From Curvularia clavata (taxonomy: Eukaryota), in contig CP089274.1 of NCBI GenBank assembly GCA_023920165.1, positions 3,100,001 to 3,164,000 of the forward strand: a stretch of 64,000 nt of DNA. Direction: 5' to 3'. The stretch's first letter is position 1. Every line of letters starts with the position of its first letter. Positions 12,118 through 23,923 of this stretch are shown here, piece by piece. Made by a program: the position numbers and the translations under genes. The notes under the pieces are model-generated. The model saw only the letters and a program-made list of their open reading frames with translations. It did not search any database and was not told the origin of the DNA.

Positions 12118-12198
12118 GATATCAGCAATCCCGTTTGGCTTGGGTGGTCGATCACCATAGAGTGTATGATAGGGGCGACACGTGTATTCATCATGATA
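12118..12198 (-). ncRNA. Box C/D snoRNA (A), snR60/U80-type guide for the LSU Gm908-equivalent site
   Basis: C box 12194-12188 and D box 12125-12122, C'-like GTGATC. Guide TCGCCCCTAT, complementary to 28S ATAGGGGCGA, is followed by a degenerate D' box CATA (12168-12165). Confidence 0.7.
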
Positions 12199-12486
12199 AT
12201 GACGGTGAAAAGGGAAAGGGGGAGGTGAACTTACCAAATGTTGCGTTGTGATGTAGAGAATGAGAATGGCTGAGCTCCAAGTTTTGTACGGGAACTTTTC
12301 GCGGCGGTTTTTTGTTTCGCCGGGCGGGAATGTGGTCCAAGCTTTTGCCTTAGCGTGGCTGTACCCATCGACGCGCTCGCCCGCTACTCTAGGTCGACAC
12401 TCACGCGCTTCCTTTCAACACCTCAACCCCACTCTCGCCGCGCCGAACCTCAACTTGCCGAACCTCACTAACTGCCGCCGTACATC

Positions 12487-13363
12487 ATGGTCGCCCCGAC
12501 TAGCGTATCCTTCGACGACTTCGTCAAGCAGACGAGGGAGAAGAAGAAGAACGAGGTCCTCGCCCAGCAGTTTCTGGGCGGTGGAAGCCGAGGACGGAAA
12601 ACTAACGCATCTGGCGCAGGCGCAAAGTCCCGTGTGGAATCCGAGAAGCCCTCTCTGCTCAGCCGAATCAACGGCGGCGCCGGCGTTCAAAAGCGATCAT
12701 CGAGTGCGAAGCCAGCCGGCAGCATCGACGGAAAGTGGCAGCACGATCTCCACAAGCTCAACAACCCCCGCGGTGCCAACAGCAGACACTCTCTTCCGCG
12801 CACGGCCTCTACATCGCAAGTAGAGCGTAACACGAAAGCATTCGACAAGTTCGCTTCTATCAACCGCAACGACGGAGCGGGTATTAGCATTCGCGGTGTT
12901 GCCAATGGCGGACCGTGCACTGTTATCGCAAGCAACTTTGCGCCTGGAACAACAGCTGCAGACATTGAGGCCGTCATGAGCCCCATTGGAGGAGAGACAC
13001 TGGGATGCAGGCTCTTGTCCGCGAGCCCAACTGTCATGGTAGAGCTGCAGTTTGCGACCAGGGAGGGTGCCGAAAACGTCATTGCGACATTCAACAACCA
13101 AAAGGTTAGCATATGTGACCATTGAAACGAGCGAGGCTAACACGATTGTCTAGGCCGATGGCAGGCTTCTCTATGTGTACATGAAGGACGTCCCTGCGAG
13201 CACTCATCAGTCGCTGTCCCGAGCACCTGCTCGCCTTACCCAGTCAGTCGACGACATGGACATTGATACTGGCGCACGGTCTGGTAGTTTCCAAGATGGT
13301 CGATACGGCTTCAACGAGGGTGGTCGTCGAGAACCGCCACGAGGTCCTCGCCGTCGCTACTAA
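12487..13363 (+). CDS. RRM-domain protein, probably nuclear/nucleolar RNA-binding
   Basis: Exons 12487-13104 and 13154-13363. RRM-like segment (TVIASNFAPGTTAADIE..ELQFATREGAENVIATFNNQKADGRLLYV), KWQHDLH motif, RG-rich tail. Confidence 0.75.
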
Positions 13364-13662
13364 ATGCTTGGAACACTTAGTCCAACCTTCTTCAAATTCA
13401 TCCTGTACGATACCCTTTCATGAACGATAGCGACGAGCAAAAAGCATTTCCCAAATAAAAACAATGGAGATCCTGATCTCCACAACACATGTATGAAGCG
13501 GATTGCTCAACCTGGGAAATGGCTTCTTAACTTTGGCAACATGAGCGTGGGATCACGTGAAACAAACGTCAAGCATGACCTTTGTGGAGACTGCCGAGAT
13601 AGGACATAGTATACTTCTAATGATACTTCTGAGCGGACACGGCCTTCTACCAACAAGTTACT

Positions 13663-15609
13663 TTAGCTGCTCTTCCATCCCTGAATTGCAGCGTCAACCT
13701 CATTCCTGTACCTTTGCTGCCCCTCGCACTGCTCCAAAAAGACCTTGTACTTGGCGTCCAACAGCTTCTTGACTGCCTTGTCGCCTGACGGCTTCACCGT
13801 CTTACCAGGCTTACTGAGCCTATCCATGATGTCCCAGAGTGGCTCGCTGTTACCGTCCTTGTCTGTACTAGCAGCTTTGGCGCCCAGCATTGCTGCGCCA
13901 TGCACGACGGCGGCATGTACATATCGTGGGATGAGCACGGGCATGTCGCATGCTGTGGCCATGAGCTCCATGAGCAGGCCATTCTGACATTGAGATCCTG
14001 ACATGAATATAGATGAGATGACGTGTCCAGATTTGTTCATTGCAGAAACAATCTGATGCGTCTGCAAGGCAATGAACTCCATTGTGGCATAGTAATAGAG
14101 CGCCAGGCCATCGAGACTCTTGTCGGAGCTCAGACCGATAACAGAACCCTTCATGTTGGGATCGGCTATAGGTGAGCGGTTTCCGAACAGGTCGCCGTAG
14201 AAGAAAAAGTGGCGACCAAGCCATGAGATGTGTGGTGCCTTTTCTTTGTCGGCCATTTCGCGCAAGTGTTCATTGAGGTAATCGTAGATGTTGGTGTTGT
14301 AGGTTTCAGCAACGGAGACAGCCTCGTTAAAGGCAGGGTGTGTCTCAATTACGTGCTTGAGCAGCTCACCTGTTGCACTCTGTCCGCCTTCTGCCATCCA
14401 ATAGCCCGGTAATAGGACGTCTCGGTATGGGCCCCAGACGCCGTCTACGAAAACGGGATCGCGAGACATGGCAAGGTGGCAGGTCGAGGTTCCTGCAACG
14501 GCGGCGAGACGCGTGAAGGCTTGGGAGACGTCGTTCTTGGGCTGGTCCATGTCAAGGGTATCCTCGTCGAGCTTGACTTTGGCGCCAACGGTACCAATCC
14601 AGCCAGCATAAGCATCGATGACGCCGCTGCCCACTGCGATGCCGGCTGGAAGACCCATCTCCTGTGCAGCCTTCTCGCTGAGCGTGCCGACGAGCTCACC
14701 GGCAGTGAGATAACGTCCGTTCTGCCCAGAGGTCAGCTAAAGTTTAGAAGTCTCAAGGTGATGGACAAACCACATTATCAACACCTCCCATGCGTTTGAA
14801 GTTGTCTTCGCATAGTTCCTCAAGCCCAATCTCCTTCAGAAAATCCTCCTGCCAGCCCTTGACACTTCCATCGACGCCCACTGGTACGAAGCCTTGCTTA
14901 CAGACGACACTGCAATAGCTCCGGCTCTCGCTTCCGGTAGCAAGATGTGTGAGAGCGTCGGTCAAGTCATAGAATTTGCAGCGATCGAATAACTCCTTTG
15001 GCATGTTGTTCTTGAGCCAAAGCACCTTTGGGATCTCCATCTCGATTGACATCTTGCCTCCAACATAGCGAAGCAAGTTGTGTTTCGTAGCATTGATCTT
15101 GTTTGTCTCCTCTACCGGTCGGTGATCGAGCCAAAGAATGACATTGCGGTCGTTGCCGTCTTTGTTGTCAAAGTTGGGTCCGGTGACTGGAACAGGTTCG
15201 TCTGTGTCGTCTCTGAAGACAGCAAGGGAGCATGTGGCATCGAAACCAATACCCCGGATGGTGTTCTGATCAATGTTGTGTTGGTCCATTGCTCGACGAA
15301 CCGAGGAGCAAATGCATCTCCAAATGTCCGTTGTGGATTGTTCCTGCCTTAATTTAGTTCTCGTTGACATGCTTCACCCGAGACAGCATTAATTACGTAG
15401 TAACCAGTCTGTGGCTGCCAGAGACCAATGTTCTCCGATGCCAGCCCTACAATATCTCCCTGATCGTTCATGATGCAGGCTCTGGCGCTGCCCGTACCCA
15501 CATCGATACCAATGTAATGGTCGACTTGAGGGTGGAGCTCATTGCGAGGGTCAGTCGACAGTTGCCGCGACTGCTGGCGGTGCTGTGTTTGTCTGAACGG
15601 AAGAGCCAT
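13663..15609 (-). CDS. FGGY-family pentulose (D-ribulose/ribitol) kinase
   Basis: Exons 15609-15397, 15343-14771, 14721-13663. Motifs YIGIDVGTGSAR, GFDATCSL, WLDHR, VIDAYAG, AGTSTCH and GNRSP. Confidence 0.92.
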
Positions 15610-16192
15610 GGTGTTTTTCTGGCGCGTGTAAAAGGAAACAGAGGTGCAAGAAAAGGGGAGCAATAGGAAATCAGCGGAGATCTTGTACTTTCGCAAGACA
15701 ACGCTGAGCAACCAGCTGTAAATGCGGGATGAGCTCATACGAGCTCCCGAGAAGCTCTAGCATGGTGGGGGTGGGGCAAAGGACAGCTCTAGCTGCCCAG
15801 GCCCTCTATCTAATCGGGCTACTTCTCCCTCGGGTCGCGGGTTGAATGCCGATCTGCTCGCGAAAAGGTTGGAGATAGGTGGACATTGTGAAATCGGATC
15901 CACTTGTTTTGGTATGCCGGCTGCTGTTGAGTGCGCGTAACGCCACCCAAAGGCAAGTTTGAGTCTTGGAGATGACTTATCGGTGCAATTCCGGATCAAG
16001 CGGAGAAGCGGCATGAGTCAATGCCTGCGCGCCTCGCAAGACGTGGAGAGAGGAAGAGGGGCTTTAAAATCGAGGGTCCGATGCAGGAGAATGCTCCTCG
16101 GGGATACGATTCGCCGCACGCTAGCCAAGCAAGCTTCAGCCTCCAACACCAATGGGCATACCGACAGTAGCTGTTTACACGGATACGTCAAC

Positions 16193-16799
16193 ATGTTACT
16201 CTCCAGACTTATTTGGTTGCCCTTTGCAGTCGCATCCTCGGTGACTGTCTACGTATCTCCTGTCCCCGCCTCTGGAAACACGGCCGCGATCGCTTCACCA
16301 GTACCCCTCGCACAGATCGAATACGATGCGGATCAGTCTGTCGGCACCCTAGTCTCCTATACACCGCCAACAGGATCTTACGCCGCAGACCACTTGCTAC
16401 GCGTCGGTATTACAGATGCGAAATCGGACACGTGGCGCGGCGTTGTGACTTCAGCAGCGAGCTTCTCTGAGCAATACCACAAGAAGTTTGTCATTCACAT
16501 TGATGACAAGGGCGAACCATTCCATGTTGGCTTCACCACAAGGACAAAGGGTAGTGAGAATGAGATAGAGGTTGAGATATTGAGGAAGAACGCTGGACCG
16601 CAGCCAGTGCTGAACAAACCTATTGTGTTGAATGCAGATGGAAAGCTTGGTTCAGAAGAACCAGAGAAGACCTTCCTGCAAAAGTGGGTGAAATGGCAAT
16701 TACTACGGGAAGGTGTTTCGCTAACAATCACACAGGTACTGGTGGGCTATTGCACTTTTCCTGCTGGTTCAGTTGGTCGCGGGTGGCGGAGAGAAGTAA
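16193..16799 (+). CDS. EMC10: ER membrane protein complex subunit 10-like
   Basis: Exons 16193-16683 and 16736-16799. N-terminal signal peptide and characteristic C-terminus GPQPVLNKPIVL..EKTFLQKYWWAIALFLLVQLVAGGGEK. Confidence 0.8.
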
Positions 16800-17077
16800 A
16801 GATTAAACAAGTCCTACGACTACATAAATGCCTTGATGAAAACAAGAGGTACACAATTTCCATTGTTGGTGCCGCTGTTCCGCCCCAACTTTTGTTTCAA
16901 ATCGCAGTGTTTTCCATCATGTGCATGATTTGTTCTTGGATCAGCTGCTACTGCTGGCCGGCAGGAACAATCTTCCTATTGAAGGTAAGAGTCGTGAGCT
17001 AATATGCATGTCTCGTTCTCATGTTGTCCTAAAATCTATTGATCATATTGGGTATAATACATGAATCAAAGGTCCCC

Positions 17078-18077
17078 TCAAGTAACTGGGGTGGCAGTTG
17101 CTGGGCGGGACTCGGATTCCACAGTGACAATGCCCTTTGGTAAAGACGATAGAGTAGGAATCGATCCAGTGGAGGCTGACTGGGCGGGCGACCGAACATC
17201 AGATGAGGATGCCGACTTTGGCTGGTGGACATCCATGGGTAGGATCTCAGTCTTCAGCTCTCTTGTCTTCTTCTGCTTGGGTTCTGGAGCCTTTTCATTT
17301 TCTTGAACATAGAACTTTCGCAGCAGCATGATTGCTTCTTCTCGAAAGATACCACCAGTGACGGGATATGGCTGGTCGACACTGGGACTGTGAGATAATT
17401 AGTGATTAGGACTTTAGCGTAAACCCTGAGAGAGATGGACATACTCAGAGTGGATGGTCAGCACTCCTCCTGTTCCACCAAACCGCTCATTCCAACAGCC
17501 AAAGTAGACGGCGCGGATGCCATACTGGCGAAGCATAGACGCACACATGACGCACGGCTCGACGGTCACATAGAGGTCCGTCTCTTTGAAGACGCTGATG
17601 GGATGCTGCGACAGGATACTAGCAATGGCCACGAACTCGGCGTGTCTTGTACCATTCAAGGTACGATTGGTCTCGTTCATGCCCCGGCCGATGATCTTGC
17701 CATCCTTGACAAAGACACAGCCGACGGGAGTCTCATCGCTTGTGAGAGCCAGTTCAGCCTAGATAATAGGATGAGTCAGCAAATGAGCTCGTTGATTACA
17801 GTGCACAGAAAATCTGTGACATATGCAAGGGTTGTTTTACCATGGCGATAGCCTCTCGCATGAATCCCTCGTGATACGTCCTCTCCTCGGGATCCATGTC
17901 TTCTGTTTCGCGCACTGCTTCGTAGTCTTGGCGGTGCTGTTGATTCACGGTGGAGTGAGATGAACTGTTTGTCGTGGTTGATTGCTGGACAAACAGCCAG
18001 TAGAGGGCCAGGCCGAGGCCGGCAGAGGCAACGACCAGAGGCTGCCATGATGCCTTCACCTTGAGAATTGCAGTCAT
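17078..18077 (-). CDS. TAD2: tRNA-specific adenosine-34 deaminase catalytic subunit
   Basis: Exons 18077-17841, 17758-17445, 17387-17078. HAE and EPCVMC zinc motifs, ETPVGCVFV, NERFGGTG, LLRKFYVQEN. Start codon uncertain (18077 or MDPEE at about 17897). Confidence 0.92.
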
Positions 18078-18530
18078 GCCCGTTTGAGGCAGCGGCGACG
18101 ACGAGCAATGTTCTGAAACAGAAAGTGCATGTCGGAGATTCTCTGGCTTGTGGTGCCGACCAAGACGGTTTCGGCAAGCGCTAGCCGCTCTAGTTTACGT
18201 GGAAGCCGCGCCCGACCGAGGGCTGAGCGTACCAAAGGAAAGCAAACAGGTGTACGCATTGCCATCGCAACACAAGGCAACAACCAACACCCGCTATACC
18301 CCAACCCGGTCTCTTCACTGCACCGCCACAACCGCATTACGCAGTCGCAACGTACATCTATCCACGCCTCACACGACTCTATACAAAACCCACACGGAAG
18401 CGCGCCCGGTCCATCGTCCCATAGCTCCATCCACACATCAGCTTGCGCCGTCCGCAATCCCACCCAGCCTGCACTTCACATACCCCCCATATACGCTTGA
18501 AATCACTCAAGTCTCGATCCCACAGCAAAC

Positions 18531-19297
18531 ATGACGCTCGCAGAAGAGTTCAAGTCGCGGAATTTCAGTAAGATGTCCGCCGCCGGCGCTATTGCATTGT
18601 TGCTGACTTGGCTTCTTTGAAGGTATCTACGGTCAATGGTCAGTCGCATCCCTTCAACCCCCCTTCCCCACGCCGCCGAAGACTTCCGCAAACGTGGCCG
18701 AGACAGCTTCAGGAGAGACGGTCAAGCATCAGCGGCGCTGACAAGGTGTCTCACGATCACACGGTGTGCTGGACTCTGACATTGTCGAATGAACTATGCT
18801 ATGCATGTTTGCTGTTCTCTAACATTTCCCGCTGACTTTTTTCTCTAGGACCGGAGTGCTATGTATATTCCTATGCTTTGCGCTAGGCATTGCCAACATC
18901 TTCCATGCCAACTTTGTCATCGCATTCAGTATTGTTTGCCTGTACGGCTCCCACCTGTTGTGTCGTTCTGAACTCGAAACCTAACAAACATGGCAGGGTG
19001 TGCTCCTTCATCATCATCTTTATTGAGATACCACTCCTCCTCCGCATCTGCCCGACGTCGCCAAAGTTTGACGAATTCATCCGAAAATTCAGCTCCAACT
19101 ATATGCGCGCTGCCATCTACTTTGTCATGAGCGCTATCCAGTGGATCAGCATCTGGCCCATGGCCACTAGCTTGATTGTGGCAGCCATCTTCCTGCTGCT
19201 TGCGTCCGTTTTTTATGCGCTTGCCGGCTTCAAGGGCCAGCAGTTCCAGGGCAGCAAGACGCTTGGTGGACAGGGTGTTGCGCAGATGATTATATAA
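18531..19297 (+). CDS. TVP18: Golgi membrane protein Tvp18
   Basis: Exons 18531-18567, 18623-18638 (16-nt micro-exon), 18849-18941 and 18997-19297 give MTLAEEFKSRNFSIYGQWTG..EIPLLLRICPTS. Confidence 0.88.
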
Positions 19298-20860
19298 AAG
19301 AGGAAGACTGTACCGACAGAAACAGTAGGGGGCCATAAGAATGTGGAGGAGATTTAGGCAACGATTGTGAACGTACCACCCGTTTTTCGGGTACACTGGG
19401 GAACCAAGTGCGAGACGAACTACTACATCATCACGGCGGTGTCTCTGTGTCAGGTCCCGGTTTGACCTCTTTGTATCATGGATGAACAGCCAGGCGTTAT
19501 TGGGTGCTATATCTGTCCGAGAGACTGCTTAGTCCTAGGCATGTGGCTCAACTTGAGAAGCAAAAGAATGCGATATTGTGTTGTGAATTTGTGTGCTGTT
19601 TGTTTGACAATCGAGTATTGGTCATGACGGAAGAACTAGCATCGTGATCGGGTGGGGAGAACATACGTAACGGTACATGTGGGGACTGGCGCAGGGCCTA
19701 CCGGACGACGTACAGAGTTCTAGAAGCCACGGCGGAGTGGTAACGGTATGGAAATACCGTCCTTTGCAAGACGCATTAATTCACCGGTGCTTCGAATGCA
19801 ATCTCGCATACGAGATGGATCACATGTGGAGGGATGCGTCAGCCCAAGGTCACGAAAAAAAACTACTGTCGTTCAGCGGACTTGTGCTCGCCTTTTGCAT
19901 GACGATGACTGGCTGCTAGGGTCTTGCCAGGAACCACACTGGCTAGGCGCGGGGAACACTAGCGCCTTAGTTGTGCCAGAACTCGCTCTCATGCTGAAGA
20001 TCCTGCAGAATGCCTCGCAGCTGGACAACAAGTGTTGGCCGGCTGCTGTATCCAGTCCCGCTGGCTTCACCAGACAGTCTGCGAAGCTAGCCAGATATTT
20101 GTGGATAGCCCAGAGCTTTCACGCTCCAAAGGCTTCCACGTAGGTCTTGTTGAAGTCGCAAAGTCCCCGATGCAGCATAGTGGCTGGGCATCCATCTCCA
20201 GCGCGACAGTGACAACAACAGCAACAGATCGACAGCACTCAGCTCAGTGCCACAGCTTTTAGTCAACTGCATGTGAATACCAGGAATCGCAACATCAATC
20301 AACCTCAGTCGAGCAACGAGCGGGCACACATGCCGGGGGGCGTTCATCATGGCTGCCGCGTGCCAGACGCCAGACGCCAGCCGCCAGGGCCCCATGCGCC
20401 CTACCCAGCCATGATGCAAATGCGGGTCGCAAAGCTGTCTGCTACATAAGTGCACCACCCCGGCTTCACAGGGCCATTCCCACATTGCGCCATTTGGCAA
20501 CACCATACTGACCCGTCGAATTTTCCTCTTTAGCCTCACTTTCTCCGTCGCTCCTAATTGCTTGTCCTGAGGTCAGTCTACACTATAAATCCCGCTCTGT
20601 CCCGCAGCATTGGCCTCTCATTCTTGCTCGCCCTCATTGGCTGGCTACGTCTTGGTGGAGCTCCCTCACCACCTCTCTATCTTTGTCCATTCCGCAACCC
20701 AGTCAATGCCGCCGTGTTTCTGACGCTCGACGTATCAAGCGTTTCGTGGCTATCCAACCTGTCACTGACATTGGCCCTCTTTTAGCCTACAGACCCCCTC
20801 ACAGCCTACATACGCGACGTCTCTACCCCACATAGCCATCGAGCAACGGCTACGCATACA

Positions 20861-23800
20861 ATGAGTGCTCCACCAACAATACCTCCGCGCCCATCGCGCT
20901 CCCAGAATAGCCCTTCTCCGGCGCAGGGAACTCACATGGACGTTCCAAAGGTCCCTCCTCGTCCCAATCGCGGCATCGAACGCTCGGTTTCTCCAAGCGG
21001 GGACAGATATGCTCCCTCCCCGCTCAATGACCCAACCTACGTACCTGGTGCTCCACCCAAAGACAACCATCGCCTCAGCACTGAACTACCACCCCGCCCG
21101 CCCAGTGTCTCTCTGCCTTCGCTCGGCGAGGAAGGCACCGAATACGCCAGTTTTGAGGACCTGTCCAAGACTCTTCAGGAAGATAAGGAGGGTGGTTCTC
21201 CACAGCACATGAAGAATGTGGCAGGGGACTTGCCTCTGCATGCTCCGACCGCCTCAGTTCCGAGTTCCACCGCAAAAACCAGGATCCAAGCTGTGACTCG
21301 AACCGATTCGCAGACAGCAGCAGCAGCTGGTTTTGGCTCGCAGCTGTCGGTTGATGACAAGAGTTCCCAGGCCAAGTCCGGTCGTTCTGGCTCCTCTGCT
21401 GGTTCGCGCCCCAGCTCAATTTACAACGACAAGGACGAGCATGGTATTCCAGAGATTGGCGTCCAAGTGCCCATGTTCCGCAATGCCGGAGACGTACAGG
21501 CTCCAAGCCCAGCACCATTTGCGCAGCAGCCCGGATCCCAAGGAATCGGATTCAATCAGAAGCCTGGTGGTCGCCACCATGGACGTACCAAGAGCGGGCG
21601 CGAGATCTTCCATGGACCTCCTGGTAGTTATGGCATGCACGGCCACGGCAAGATATCCACAGATGAATTCGAGCAGAAGTGGTACGAAAAACACCCTGAT
21701 GACTTGAAGCGTGAGAAGGCTGGCGAGTACGGCCCTCATATTCAGGAAAACAGAAAGGACTACCACTGGCGTGCGGATAACCTGGAGAAATTGGTGCACG
21801 CGAGGTCGCAAGATGTTGGAGTGGGTACGTTGCTGGATTCCAGTAGACAATCGTGAGTTTGGTACTAATCTCATTGTACAGGAACTAGCCGAGATGCTGT
21901 CAGCACTCCTGACGAGCAAATTGGGTACAGGGCCACAGAGGAATACGCCTCAAGGATGGCTTCTCCTAGACCATCATCTTCTGACCCTGCTGCCTCCAAA
22001 AAGGCTGGTTATGTTGACTCCCCACTTCGCAATGAGGCTGGCCAAGAAATCAATGATAAGGGGGAGGTCATCCATATTGACCCGCCTTCGCATCGTTCTA
22101 GCAAGGTTCATGGCGGCGGTTACGATCCACCAACTGAGGACCTTGGGCCTCGAGGTGGGAACACCGCGGACGAAGGTGGATGGGTTACCGAGCGTGGCTA
22201 TGGCACACCTATTCTTGCCTCCGATGAACTGAAGAAACATCCAGATGCTGAGTGGAGACAACCTGCCGTGTCACCTGAGCTTGAGCGCCATGGCGACGAA
22301 TACATTCTCAATGAGGACGGCACGCCGCAGTACCCCCCAAAACAGCGTACCCCTAGCAGGAGCTCAAGCAGGAACAACAACAAGCAGCAGCGTGTCATTC
22401 CCAGCCCGGCCCAGTTTGAGCATAGCAGCACCCCGCTTGAGTCGCATAAAGAATACGAACCCCTCTTCCCAGAGGATGAGGAGACTAAGAAGCCGAACCC
22501 AGCCGTTGAAGGTCTTAAGCGTCCTAGTTTTGCCCGCCACCACTTCCCTAGTCAAGATGTCTGGGAAGACACGCCTGGCAGTCTGCAACTCGAGACTACA
22601 GTCGACACTCCACAGGAGCCTGAGGAGCCTCAAACTGCAGTTAGCAAGGGAGACATCAGCCCTGCCAAAGCTTTTGAAAGCCCGGAGACAGAGGAGCAAC
22701 GCAAACGCCAGATCACTGAGGAAGACCAAGAGTCGTTCCTGTCTGAACATACAAAGCAATTCGCTGCCGAGAACAAGCTCCTTGGAAAAGTACGCGACGA
22801 CGGCTCAGGCCGTCCTGGTATGCAACAACGTTTCCCAAGCCAGGATATCTGGGAAGATGCCCCTTCGCACGGGCACCTTGAGACTACGGTCAGCACGCCG
22901 CAGATGGAGGAAACAAATGACTATGCCGAAGAGACACCAGTTGATCAGAAACCTCCTGTGCCTGCTCGACCTACTGTTCCCGCTCGACCTGCAAAGAGGG
23001 AGCCATCCACGGAAGGAAGGAAGGCGCCTATCATTCCAGAGCGGCCAAAGCCTCAAGTTCCAGCACGACCAAGTAAGCCGTCTGCAGGCTCTTCTGAAAG
23101 TGCTTCAGCAAGTGAGCCACAAAGCACCGAGAAAGTGAAGCCACCAGTGCCTGCTCGTCCAGCTGGTTCCAAGATCGCCGCTCTCCAGGCTGGGTTCCTC
23201 AAGGATCTGAATAGCAAAATTGGCCTCGGCCCGCATGCTCCTCCTAAGGTCAAGGAACCTGAGCCAGAGGAGGAAGAGAAGGAGGCAGCGCCGTTACAAG
23301 ATGCCAGGAAGGGCAGAGCCAAGGGTCCACAGAGGAGGAAGCCTGCTTCTTCCCCAGCTCCAGGCAGTGCATCCGCAGCAGTTGCCGCACCAGCCCAGAA
23401 ACTCAGCATCGGCCCTGTGACTGCAATCTGGGGTCTTGTGGAAGACGGCAGCCTTGACGTCCCAGCCGCCAAGGTTGCTGCGCAAATTCAGAAAGCACTC
23501 GACGCCCCGGCACCAACTAAGGAGCCCACTGCTTTCGAAGCCACTGCTCCAGAGGCCACAACTGAGAAGAACGCCCCGTCGGAACCAGAAAAGCCGCAAC
23601 CGGTCCAGGCTTCTTCCAAGGAAGACACTGAGCCTGCTCCTGAGACCGAAGTAAAGACGGAGAAGACCTCCTTACCCGAGAAGGTATCCTCCACTGTGAC
23701 CGAAGCTCTCGACACAGTCACATCCAAGGCATCCTCCGCCTTGAAACCAGAAGAGACTCTCGTCACTGAAAAAGCACCCGGTTCTTCCGACGCCCCTGGT

Positions 23801-23923
23801 GCCTTTCCCGGCTCAGGCCCCGACCTACTCGATGAAAGCAGTGCCAAGGCCGAGAAACCTGTAGACGACCTGGTCGCTAGTGCATCGACCGAGGAGAAGC
23901 GTGATGAGGTATCCGCTGCGTAG
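20861..23923 (+). CDS. AIM21: Aim21-like proline-rich actin-regulatory protein
   Basis: Exons 20861-21824 and 21882-23923. GIPEIGVQVPM..AGDVQAP, KPPVPARP repeats, KIAALQAGFLKDLN, and capping-protein-interaction-like motif LQDARKGRAKGPQRRKP. Confidence 0.75.

Larger units (their letters stand above)
11438..12234 (-). ncRNA. Non-coding snoRNA host transcript with three snoRNA-bearing introns (minimum extent)
   Basis: Intron 12234-12056 (GTAAGT..GCTAAC..AAG). Intron 11854-11677 (GTTAGA; alternative donor GTATGC at 11895; ..GCTGAC..TAG). Intron 11619-11438 or 11445 (GTAAAT..GCTAAT..CAG). Each contains ATGATGA..CTGA; the exons have no credible ORF. Confidence 0.75.

Noticed and set aside
11669..12194. 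Short minus-strand ORFs (65 and 66 aa)
   Set aside because: They overlap snoRNA introns, one starts at a C box (ATGATGA), and they have no protein features.
20244..20350. Minus-strand ATGATGA..CTGA..CTGA resembling a C/D snoRNA
   Set aside because: No recognisable rRNA complement next to either D box and no flanking intron signals.
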